Source: Macrostomum lignano (lineage: Eukaryota). Taken from it: a DNA stretch of 64,000 nt. The notes beneath the pieces were generated by a model. That model saw only the letters and a list, made by a program, of their open reading frames with translations. It was not told where the DNA came from and searched no databases. How positions within the stretch are numbered: the stretch's first letter is position 1; every line of letters starts with the position of its first letter. Positions 9,866-49,046 of the stretch are shown piece after piece. The translations under genes and the position numbers were made by a program. The stretch is taken from contig NIVC01001915.1 of NCBI GenBank assembly GCA_002269645.1, positions 1 to 64,000 on the forward strand, read 5' to 3'.

Positions 9866-10105
9866 TCACAATTGCTTAATGATTTCTGCAAAGTTATAAT
9901 AGCTGTCGTAATCTTTTACATATGTTACTCCGTACTTATGAAACCAGTGTCTTTGGAGAGCTAGGTTAATATTAGGGACATTGATATCAACGTCGGGCCA
10001 ATATTTTCTCATGTATTCGCTGCATTCAAGTTTGCATTGGTACTTGGATTTGTACAATGGATTAGGCTGAGTATAATAAGAACCTGGAGAGACAACTGGA
10101 AACAT
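9866..10105 (-). CDS. 79-aa Tyr-rich orphan ORF
   Basis: ATG in the same A-rich context as the other element ORFs; stop lies 4 bp from the penton stop (convergent, tightly packed). Confidence 0.5.
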   Translation of the reverse strand: MFPVVSPGSYYTQPNPLYKSKYQCKLECSEYMRKYWPDVDINVPNINLALQRHWFHKYGVTYVKDYDSYYNFAEIIKQL

Positions 10106-10307
10106 TTTATTGAGAATTTATTATTTTTTTTCAAAGGGTAAGGACCCTGCGCTGATAATTTAAAGTCTTAGGGATCTGGTAGCACGTTGCAAATTGAATG
10201 TGGGCCCCATGGGGAGAAGAATTCAGATTATTTTCTTATTGTTTCGAAGATGTTAGTGGATTATGTCAGTGTCAGTGAACATAACAGGTGTTAGTGGACA
10301 CCTGCTC

Positions 10308-10602
10308 TGATTCTGTCAGGGATAATATGGATGGATTTAATACGATTATGTTCGAAGTTTTCGGAGCAAGTGCGACCCCTCCACTTTTTCATGATTCTGT
10401 CGGGGATAATATGGATGGATTTAATGGGATTATGGAGGACGTTTTGTGAGCGAGTGCGACCCCCCTTTTTTTCTGATTCTGTCAGGGATAATATGGATGG
10501 ATTTAGGTGGATTATGGAGGATGTTTTGTGAGCAGGTGCGACCCCCCTTTTTTTCTGATTCTGTCAGGGATAATATGGATGGATTTAGGTGGATTATGGA
10601 GG
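10308..10602. repeat. Subterminal 82-84 bp tandem repeats (~3.6 units), probably part of the terminal inverted repeat
   Basis: TGATTCTGTC(A/G)GGGATAATATGGATGGATTT recurs at 10308, 10392, 10474 and 10556. Confidence 0.85.
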
Positions 10603-10645
10603 AGGTGAAAAATTTTGTCCCAGAAGCCCCCTCATGCCCTCTACT

Positions 10646-10985
10646 CGTTAGCTATAGCCCTGCCTAGTTTTCAACCCCCTGTTTTTCTACCCCGTTAGCT
10701 ATAGCCCTGCCTAGTTTTCAACCCCCTTGTTTTTCTACCCCGTTAGATATAGCCCTGCCTAGTTTTCAACCCCCTGTTTTTCTACCCCGTTAGCTATAGC
10801 CCTGCCTAGTTTTCAACCCCCTTGTTTTTCTACCCCGTTAGATATAGCCCTGCCTAGTTTTCAACCCCCTGTTTTTCTACCCCGTTAGATATAGCCCTGC
10901 CTAGTTTTCAACCCCCTTGTTTTTCTACCCCGTTAGATATAGCCCTGTCTAGTTTTCAACTCCCCTTGTTTTACTGCCCCGTTAG
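10646..10985. repeat. 47-48 bp minisatellite (~7 units), probably host intron sequence
   Basis: GTTAG(C/A)TATAGCCCTGCCTAGTTTTCAACCCCC recurs at 10647, 10694, 10742, 10789, 10837, 10884 and 10932. Confidence 0.9.
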
Positions 10986-11164
10986 CTTATTTGTGGGCTG
11001 TCTCGGGTAAAAATTAACCTGTTTTGGCAGAGGCCCCGGCTAACTTTCATACCTCCCAGTAAGTAATTATTAACTCAACGTTAAAATCTTTTTTTAAGTG
11101 TTCAAAATTTTATGTGCAATGCCACCAAATGTGGATCAATAGTTGTTAAGTTTCTACTCTATTC

Positions 11165-12407
11165 CTACCTGGATGCCATCGTTCCCCTTCTGTTCGGCTC
11201 GGCACCCGCCATGGCTGTGGCGGTGGCGGGTGATGCGGCGGCAGCGGCGGCCGCGGCTCCAACAGTCGGCGGCTTCACGCGGCACAGGTGGCAGGTCATG
11301 ACCACGGAGCTGGCCAGCACTACCGGCACTGGCAGGTAGGCCTGCAGGGCTCGGCTGAACAGCAGCAGCATGGCTTGGTCCAGCTGGGCGGTTCGCTGCA
11401 CAAAGAACAGGGCTCCGATCAGCAGAGAGGCGCTGAGCGCCAGGCCGAACACCAGCAGCTGGACCCGCCGGGTCAGCCGGCTGCGCATCGCAATGGGCCA
11501 GATGGTGGCCAGGGTTCGGAACAGGGTCACGCACATGGTCCACAGGTTGCGCACTAGCAGGGCCGCCGTTGTTATGGCGTAAATTGCCTGCGGCATGGTT
11601 TTGTGTGCAAATGCATTTGACTTTATACCTTTTTGACTTAGCTGCAGTGCGGTCTGTGAACACAGTGGGTAAGGCGGCAGCCGCCGATTCCGCTAATCCG
11701 CGCGGAATCGAACCTGGGTATGCTTGTACCGTTGAGAGCCGCTCTGCCCCCACCCCCTTTTGATACAGGCCCTGGCGCACTTTAAGCGCACTTTAAGTGC
11801 GCGGATACGTACGCAGTCATACGCACAGGCACATGCACTCACACAGGAGTGTACAGCGGCCTTAACTTTATTTCTTATTAAGCATGTACACTTCACTGTG
11901 GCTTGAGGGTTGGCCCTCAAGGCCGCGTTAATAGCACGAGCAGAGCCAAGCCGAGATTCCAATTTAGACCCACATTAATGTGACTGCACTTGGAATCGAG
12001 CCTGGGCCACCGGCACATTAGACCGCTAGGCTACGGCTTTCCTTGCCCCTACCCCACCTGAGTAATCAATGCATAACAGCTACTGTACTCAGCACTAATG
12101 GACACTTCAGGCTCACATCATAGGCATCCAAGAAGATTCGGTTATTGTAGATCCCCGTGTACTGAGCGGCCATGTCGCAGGAGAAGGTGGCCACGCAGAA
12201 GGCGCTGTGGGCGACCTGGCAGGCCTCCAGCAGGATTAGTCCAACATCGAAGGCTTCCCTGGTGGATCGGTAGCGCTTGAGCAGGACTGCAAACGAAAAT
12301 GACCCGGCTAGGAGGCCCAGACAGGAGACTGCAATGGAGGCCGATCTGAGGTAGAAGAACGCAGCGCTGAGCACCTGCTGTTGAGCTGAGCTGTTGTTGC
12401 TCTGCAT
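11165..12407 (-). CDS. Divergent rhodopsin-like GPCR, TM1-TM5; exons 12407-12117 and 11587-~11170
   Basis: N-terminal NNSS sequon, TM1 and TM2. Phase-0 GT/AG join gives LDAYD|AIYAITT. TM3 ends VTLFRTLATIWP (DRY-like), followed by TM4 and TM5. CAG|GTAGGA donor candidate near 11170. Confidence 0.7.
11633..11757 (-). mobile_element. Short tRNA-derived SINE whose 3' end matches the LINE at 32985-41246
   Basis: B-box GGTTCGATTCC (11704-11714), then GGATTAGCGGAATCGGCGG...CTGTGT...CTGCAGCTAAGTCAA, closely matching LINE 3' UTR 41170-41246. Confidence 0.7.
11770..12037 (-). mobile_element. tRNA-derived SINE, same family as 30462-30825, with an internal deletion
   Basis: A-box TAGCCTAGCGG and B-box GGCTCGATTCC; body aligns with 30462-30715. 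Confidence 0.8.
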
Positions 12408-12589
12408 GGCAAAGATAGGACTGAACTCTGAGGCAGACTAGAGAGAACTCATAGATTGAGGAGATTTATAGAACGAGCTATTTTGTTTAGAGTGAGGCTC
12501 GGTCGCATCCTATTGGCTGAGGAGGATCGTCAGTATTTACGGCGAACTTTTGATACTACATGTAGAATTACCGGTACACGTAAGTGATG

Positions 12590-13035
12590 GTGTGCCCAGG
12601 TGAGTGAGTTGGATAATGGGTGTGCCCAGGTGAGTGAGCTGGATAATGGGTGTGCCCAGGTGAGTGAGCTGGATAATGGGTGTGCTCAGACAAGTGAGCA
12701 GCTGGATAATGGGTGTGCTCAGACAAGTGAGCAGCTGGATAATATGTGTGCTTAGACAAGTGAGCAGCTGGATAATGGGTGTTTTCAGGTGAGTGAGCTG
12801 GATAATGGGTGTTCTCAGGTGAGTGAGCTGGATAATGGGTGTTTTCAGGTGAGTGAGCTGGATAATGGGTGTTCTCAGGTGAGTGAGCTGGATAATGGGT
12901 GTTCTCAGGTGAGTGAGCTGGATAATGGGTGTGCTCAGACAAGTGAGCAGCTGGATAATGGGTGTGCTCAGACAAGTGAGCAGCTGGATAATGGGTGTGC
13001 TCAGACAAGTGAGCTGGATAATGGGTGTGCTCAGG
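12590..13035. repeat. 30/33-bp minisatellite; many units contain CAG|GTGAGT
   Basis: Units GGGTGT(G)(C/T)(C/T)CAGGTGAGTGAGCTGGATAAT and GGGTGTGCTCAGACAAGTGAGCAGCTGGATAAT. Confidence 0.9.
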
Positions 13036-13420
13036 GAACTGACCCGGCTCTCTAATATTCTACAAGATCGCAGAGTCAAAACTCGTTCCGAATCCGTGGG
13101 GTGCTCAGGTCAATGGCAATGCAGAATGAAATCAATGCAAAAATGATAATTTTTGAGCTGCCTTTCTAGCTGATGGACTCACCCAGCCATGCAATAACAT
13201 AAACAACGAAGATGAATCTATCTGGTATTTTTAGAATGAATCCGTGCAATATTCTGATAAGTTCGATAGCAAGAGTCTATGATAAAATCGGCATGGTATG
13301 TCTACTCTATAAATAAAGTTAGTCGAATATTCAGCCAGCAGTTTTGCCTACTCAAACCTGGTTAGTTGCTATCGGAATTTTCTCATAGCCAGGCAGTACT
13401 TCAACATTAGAGAGCCGAAG

Positions 13421-18622
<5,202 letters not shown>

Positions 18623-19457
18623 GCTTCCTTCCCTGCTGGTCTCCTGTGTTTCGGACTGCCTGCCGCAGCTGGGTTTCAAAGCTGGGTACTAATGCCACAC
18701 TTCATATCCAGCTGGTTTGCCCTTAATCCCCCCGAATTCCCTACTCCTCCTTCTGCACTCATCGACCCCTGGACGCCTTATTGACCCCCCGAATCCCCTG
18801 TCCCAGAAGCAGAAATATTCTTATCAAAATGGCTGTTTAGACATATTCTACATTTATTGCTAGTATTTATTGCAGGCTACTACTGACATACTTGTTTCAG
18901 TAGTATGATAAGAACTTGAGCAGTAGTTTCATTCTTGTAATGAACAGAAATCTAATTAATTTTGTTTTTCGTTTTTGAATTTTTTAGATGGGTATAAATG
19001 AAACACACAGAGCTTGCCTTTCTGTAGGAATTAGCTTTTCGTAAATTTGAAAATGGGTATCTTTTCAGTGTTTTTCTTTTGTAACTGGCGAAATTTGTTT
19101 AAAGAATATAAAAACTTGTACCATTCTTCAGGAAGGGGGGCCGTTACCGGCAAGAAAGACTATAAATCTTTTGCGGCTATAAATAGTCAAGTTTATGGCC
19201 CTAAAAGGAGGCATCCCTAGTGGCTCAAGGGACTACTAAGCTAAACTAAAAATAGGGCTTTAAAAATGCACGATATGCCGTTTTGCTGTTTCACTTCTTG
19301 TGCAGCTGTGGAGTTTGTCGTGCGATCCACATCAATGAGGACCAACTCTCCCCACCAAGGCCTAACGAATTGGAATTAGAATTAGAATTAGAATTAGAAT
19401 TAGAATTAGAATTAGACGATTAGATACGTGAGCGTGTGCCTGAGTACGCTTATCTGT

Positions 19458-19550
19458 GCTCAGGGGTCAGTGGAATGGACAGAATCACCTCAGGGCTGGT
19501 TCTGAGACGATGTCGCCCGATGGCTTAGCGCCAGGGTGCCCGACAGCTCC
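19458..19550 (+). mobile_element. Fragment of the SINE/LINE-like 3' module
   Basis: GCTCAGGGGTCAGTGGAATGG...GATGTCGC...GCGCCAGGGTGC...CAGCTC aligns with 30724-30812; a shorter match is at 24116-24137. Confidence 0.6.
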
Positions 19551-19784
19551 ATCAAATTTATTACAATTAACAGGCAACTGGGACTGCTAGATGATCTGCG
19601 CAAAAGCAGAGCAGGCAGGCAAAACTGAACTTCTTTTTAAAACCAGACTTCAGCCATTTTTTTATTTTTAAATGCACCTGTGAATTACCAACCAGGAGCG
19701 AATGAAGGCCAGGTTGTTGCTTTCAATTCAAAGCTAGAATATGCATCTAGGAATTAAAACTTGTAAGTCAGCTTCAAACAAAAA

Positions 19785-20285
19785 CGTGTGAATCAGTCTC
19801 GGACAAAAAAGTGTGAATCAGTCTCGGACAAAAACGTGTGAATCAGTCTCGGACAAAAAAATGTCAATCAGTATCGGACTAAAAACGTGTAAATCAGTCT
19901 CGGACGAAAACGTGTGAATCAGTATCGGACAAAAAGGTGTGAATCAGTCTCGGACAAAAACGTGTGAACCAGTCTCGGACAAAAAAGATGTCAATCAGTA
20001 TCGGACTAAAAAGGTCTGAATCAGTCTTGGACGAAAAATGTGTGAATCAGTCTCGGACAAAAACGCGTGAATCAGTCTTGGACAAAGAAGGTGTGAATCA
20101 GTCTCGGACAAAAAAGGTGTGAATCAGTCTCGGACAAAAACGTGTGAATCAGTGTCGGACAAAAACGTGTGAACCAGTCTCGGACAAAAACGTGTGAATC
20201 AGTCTCGGACAAAAACGTGTGAATCAGTCTCGGACAAAAACGTGTGAATCAGTCTCGGACAAAAACGTGTGAACCAGTCTCGGAC
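19785..20285. repeat. ~25-bp minisatellite (GTGTGAATCAGTCTCGGACAAAAAC)
   Basis: Read directly. Confidence 0.92.
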
Positions 20286-20772
20286 GGTCTTCAAAGAATT
20301 TTCGCCATCATCAACTCTCTGTAATTGCAGCGGTAAAGTGCTGCGGAGGTTATTTTAGCATCATCAGTGCATTCCAGCTTTCAATAAATCTGAGACAAAG
20401 TGCTGAGCAAACGCTAATTAAAATGCCTGCTCAATCGCGAAGCTGAGCAAATTAGTTTGGATCTGGGCAGCCGCATCTGCTCTGCCATCAGCTTGCGCTG
20501 TTAAAAAACTGTCGCATTTATTGACAGAAAACCCGGCCAGCTCACTGACAGCAGGATGGGCTGCTCAAATAAAAATAAGCTGATTGAAATGCTCTGCCTC
20601 ATCGTAACCCCAGTTTATGCCGCACCGCGCAATCAGGCTGTCTGGCTGGTGCACATTGGGTCACAATTTGCTGCACTGGACTCTGCGCCATCAGATCCGG
20701 CACTTTCCCTGCCACTCGTCTGCTATTTCTGGAGCCGGGAATTCTATATTTGCTGTAAACTGTTCTATATAT

Positions 20773-21538
<766 letters not shown>

Positions 21539-21895
21539 CCTGCTGCCAGGATCCACTCCACCGCCCAATGTCCAATCAGATGAAGAGAAAGACAAGAAAA
21601 GCTGTGAGGGGCGGAGGCAGGTGGCAGACGGCTCTATATGAATGTCGCCGTGGCCTCAATGGGTGGGCCCTCCGCCACTGCAGTTTGATAAGCTCGGCAC
21701 ACTGAATCATACACTCCAGAGCGCAGCGTAGAGGCGACAGATTAAGTGAAAAAGGACCCCAGCAATGTGAGTGAATTGCTGCTTGTGCTTGGCAAAAAAG
21801 GGATTGAAGAAGGAACTTTGATATTCAGCTGGTTATACCTAGCGACCTAATTTTTGGGAAAAAAAACAATATTTAAACTGTCTGTAGTAGTTGTA

Positions 21896-21993
21896 GGGGA
21901 TTGCAGCCTAGTGGTTGGAGCATCGGACTCACGGCTGAAAGGTCAGGGGTTCGATTCCCGACCAATTAGATGTAATAATCAATTATTATTATT
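21896..21993 (+). mobile_element. Internally deleted SINE (tRNA-like head plus (TTA)n tail) related to 50043-50377
   Basis: GCAGCCTAGTGG A-box, GGTTCGATTCCC B-box, tail ...AATCAATTATTATTATT shared with the CORE-SINE copy. Confidence 0.65.
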
Positions 21994-22099
21994 GTCTGAC
22001 GATTTAGAAAGTCTGTGCGGCTGTACACCCCGTGTGAGCTGTGTGTGCTTGCATGTCCTCAGGAGGCAGCGAAAAGTCACTGCAGTCATCTTTCGAAAT

Positions 22100-45128
<23,029 letters not shown>

Positions 45129-45149
45129 CTGAGTGAGTTGAGCATAGAT

Positions 45150-45270
<121 letters not shown>

Positions 45271-46044
45271 ACAGACGCTAAGACAGGCACCAAGGCAGAC
45301 ACTAAAACAACACCAAGGAACCAAGACACCAGGTCCTCGTCGCTCCAGCTGCGAGGACTCTCCAGGTCACCAAGACAACAAGACATCAAGACAGACTCAC
45401 CCGCGGGGCGGTCCCGCAGCCCATGAGGAGTCCAGCGTGGACTCGCCGCCTCCAAGCAGGCAGCTCAGTGGTCTCCGAATCAGCCGCGGCAAGCGAAGAC
45501 CGCCGCCGCCCCTGCAGTTCGTGAAACTCGTCTGCTGCATTCAGTCCAGTTGGTGGCGGCAGTCCGCAGCGGGTTGAGATGTTATTAAATCACGAACTGC
45601 TGACAGATGAGGCCAGGCTGATAAGGTAAAAACATTCTCGGTTGTGTTTCGAGGACTGCAATGCAAATCCTTTATCAGCTGCTATGAAAACTTCTCTTTG
45701 TCTCTCATCGGTTTAACATTTATAGCACAGTAGTAGGGGCCGGAACTGGGTAGCATAGCTGTATGCAATGCGCTCTGTTCAGTACTTAGAGGGTGCCTGG
45801 GAATCAGGGGTTGGCTGGTTGGAGGGCAGTAGTCATCACCGCTCCGTGACTGGCCGCTCGGTGGTTGGGGCGGCTTTCTGCTAAGCTCCGTAATCTTGGG
45901 CCCAGCTAGAGCTAAAAATAGAATTGGTCAAGCAAAGAGTTCTAAATTGAAAATCTCACTGGAATGGAAACTCATTGTTTTTCATTACATTAACCAGTGG
46001 CCTTGGACATGGCTCCCATCGCCCCATCAGATAAAGGGCATGGG

Positions 46045-46890
46045 CTCCCACCAAGAGACAAAGGGCTCCTAGCCTCCTACCAAGAGACAGGGACTCCAAC
46101 CAAGAGACAGGGGCTCCCACCAAGAGACAGGGGCTCCCACCAAGAGACAGGGGCTCCCACCAAGAGACAGGGGCTCCCACCAAGAGACAGGGGCTCCCAC
46201 CAAGAGACAAAGGGCTCCTAGCCTCCTACCAAGAGACAGGGACTCCAACCAAGAGACAGGGGCTCCCACCAAGAGACAGGGGCTCCCACCAAGAGACAGG
46301 GGCTCCCACCAAGAGACAGGGGCTCCCACCAAGAGACAGGGGCTCCCACCAAGAGACAGGGGCTCCCACCAAGAGACAGGGGCTCCCACCAAGAGACAGG
46401 GGCTCCCACCAAGAGACAGGGGCTCCCACCAAGAGACAGGATCTCCCCACCAAGAGACAAAGGACTCCCACCAAGAGACAGGGGGACCCACCAAGAGACA
46501 GGGGCACCCACCAAGAGACAGGGGCGCCCACCAAGAGACAGGAGCTCCCACCAAGAGACAGGGGCTCCAACCAAGAGACAGGGGCTCCCACCAAGAGACA
46601 GGGGCTCCCACCAAGAGACAGGGGCTCCCACCAAGAGACAGGGGCTCCCACCAAGAGACAGGGGCTCCCACCAAGAGACAAAGGGCTCCTAGCCTCCTAC
46701 CAAGAGACAGGAGCTCCACCAAGAGACAGGATCTCCACCTAAGAGAACAAAGGGCTCCCACCAAGAGACAGGAGCTCCCACCAAGAGACAGGAGCTCCCA
46801 CCAAGAGACAAAGGCTCCCACCAAGAGACAGGATCTCCACCAAGAGACAGGATCTCCACCAAGAGAACAAAGGGCGCCCACCAAGAGACA
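46045..46890. repeat. 20-bp minisatellite (CCACCAAGAGACAGGGGCTC)
   Basis: Read directly. Confidence 0.93.
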
Positions 46891-47764
46891 GCTTCTCAGG
46901 GTTGCGGCACCTCCAACCACAGACAATCTTGGGATGAGAAAAATCTGTCTGGAAAAGCAACATTAAAAAGGCAGAAGAAACGGTGATTTGGCTTGGCCTC
47001 AAACTCAAATCTTTAAATAAATTGTTCATAGAACGCGAGTGACAGTCCAGATTCTAAGCTTAGAGCTCCATGAATTGGGGAAGTCCGGGCAGGCTTGGGA
47101 TCTGCCCCCCTTCCCCCTTCTCTGTTCCGCAAAACTCCTGTTTTTTATACCCCCCCTTTGTTCGATGTCGGTAAGCCCTCCCCCATTCCCCCATTGTGGA
47201 GGAAGAGACCTCCAGTGGGTGTCCAGTCGGTAGGGGACCCGCAGCCGCCCCCCCCACACTGCAGTCCCAGAATAAGTTTTAACAAAGACTTGGGCAAGCG
47301 GGCCACACAAAAGCCAATGGGAATTAATGACGTCAGTGTCAGCCGCAGCCCCCTCCCTGCTTTGCAGCCTGATAGATCAATAATTCATTCAAGTTCAAAG
47401 GCCTGAAGCCTCCCCAATCCCCAAGCCATAAAGCGACCGTGACATACGGGCGGGTAGTCCATTTTTAGTGTGTTTATTCGGTGCATTCTGATGCTCGTGC
47501 AGTATGAATAAGCCCGAATTAGTTGCTATAATTGCTGCTCAATATGCGAGCGTATTATAAGATAGATTTTCAGTGGGTTGTCACGTGTAGTGGATTGGTG
47601 GGTGCGACTTCTCCGCACAATATGGAAATGGCATTCCTTGTAGAGGCTTTTTTACATGAAGTTGCAATTTGCAAGTCAATTGAACCAGTTGATTGAACTG
47701 TCAACACCCTTAATAATATTTTAAGTTGGTTTCCACTTTTACAAAGTTCCACCGTTAGTGACAT

Positions 47765-48822
47765 CTGACACCAAAACACATGACTTCCCAAATACCAATA
47801 AAACACATGACTTCCCAAACACCAAAACACATGACTTCCCAAACACCAATAAAACACATGACTTCCCAAACACCAAAACACATGACTTCCCAAACACCAA
47901 TAAAACACATGACTTCCCAAACACCAATAAAACACATGACTTCCCAAACATCAATAAAACACATGAATTCCCAAACACCAAAACACATGACTTCCCAAAC
48001 ACCAAAACACATGACTTCCCAAACACCAATAAAACACATGACTTCCCAAACACCAATAAAACACATGACTTCCCAAACACCAATAAAACACATGACTTCC
48101 CAAACACCAATAAAACACATGACTTCCCAAACACCAATAAAACACATGACTTCCCGAACACCAAAACACATGACTTCCCAAACACCAAAACACATTACTT
48201 CCCAAACACCAATAAAACACATGACTTCCCAAACACCAAAACACATTACTTCCCAAACACCAAAACACATGACTTCCGAAACACCAAAACACATTACTTC
48301 CCAAACACCAAAACACATGACTTCCCAAACACCAATAAAACACATGACTTCCCGAACACCAAAACACATGACTTCCCAAACACCAATAAAACACATGACT
48401 TCCCAAACACCAAAACACATTACTTCCCAAACACCAAAACACATGACTTCCGAAACACCAAAACACATGACTTCCCAAACACCAAAACACATTACTTCCC
48501 AAACACCAATAAAACACATGACTTCCCGAACACCAAAACACATGACTTCCCAAACACCAAAACACATGACTTCCCAAACACCAATAAAACACATGACTTC
48601 CCAAACACCAAAACACATTACTTCCCAAACACCAAAACACATGACTTCCCAAGCAGCAAAACACACGGCTTCCCAAGCAGCAAAACACATGAATTCCCAA
48701 GCAGCAAAACAAACGGCTTCCCAAGCAGCAAAACAAACGGCTTCCCAAGCAGCAAAACACACGGCTTCCCAAGCAGCAAAACACACGGCTTCCCAAGCAG
48801 CAAAACACACGGCTTCCCAAGT
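47765..48822. repeat. 24/27-bp minisatellite (AAACACC(AAT)AAAACACATGACTTCCC) grading into a GCAGC variant
   Basis: Read directly. Confidence 0.93.
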
Positions 48823-49046
48823 TCCCGCATCACAGGCTAAGCGACATGGACACGGAAGTAACTTCAATGTAATACAATTCATCACTGGCAGAGAAAAGTT
48901 CATAAATTGCGTCCTTGGCGCAAACAAACAAAAGCAAAATCTGCTTTTTAAGCATTAAATGTATTTACTCTTCTGGAAGAAATGCAACAGAAATAACACG
49001 GCAGGCAGCTCAGCTAATAATGCCCGTTGTGCTGCGTGAGGGCTTC

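Larger units (their letters stand above)
1..10645. mobile_element. Polinton/Maverick (adintovirus-like, PolB with endonuclease VII-like insert) endogenous element; right-hand part only, left end outside the window
   Basis: Compact, intronless, AT-rich cluster: pPolB, adenain protease, A32/FtsK-like ATPase, DJR major capsid, minor capsid. Subterminal 82-84 bp repeats; candidate terminus reads 5'-AGTAGAGGG on the minus strand at 10645. Confidence 0.92.

Noticed and set aside
1-10645. Retroviral-type integrase of the Polinton
   Set aside because: No DDE integrase motifs seen in the window; it probably lies left of PolB, so it is not annotated.
11100-11166. Alternative Polinton terminus at 11160 (minus strand AGAGTAG..., predicted TSD ATTCCT)
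   Set aside because: It would put a host-style minisatellite inside the TIR and the junction only ~8 nt from a donor. The 10645 site fits the repeat transition better. Not fully excluded.
21896-21965. Genuine tRNA genes at 21896, 30462, 50377 and 12037
   Set aside because: A and B boxes are present, but there is no convincing acceptor stem, and each continues into a SINE body or tail.
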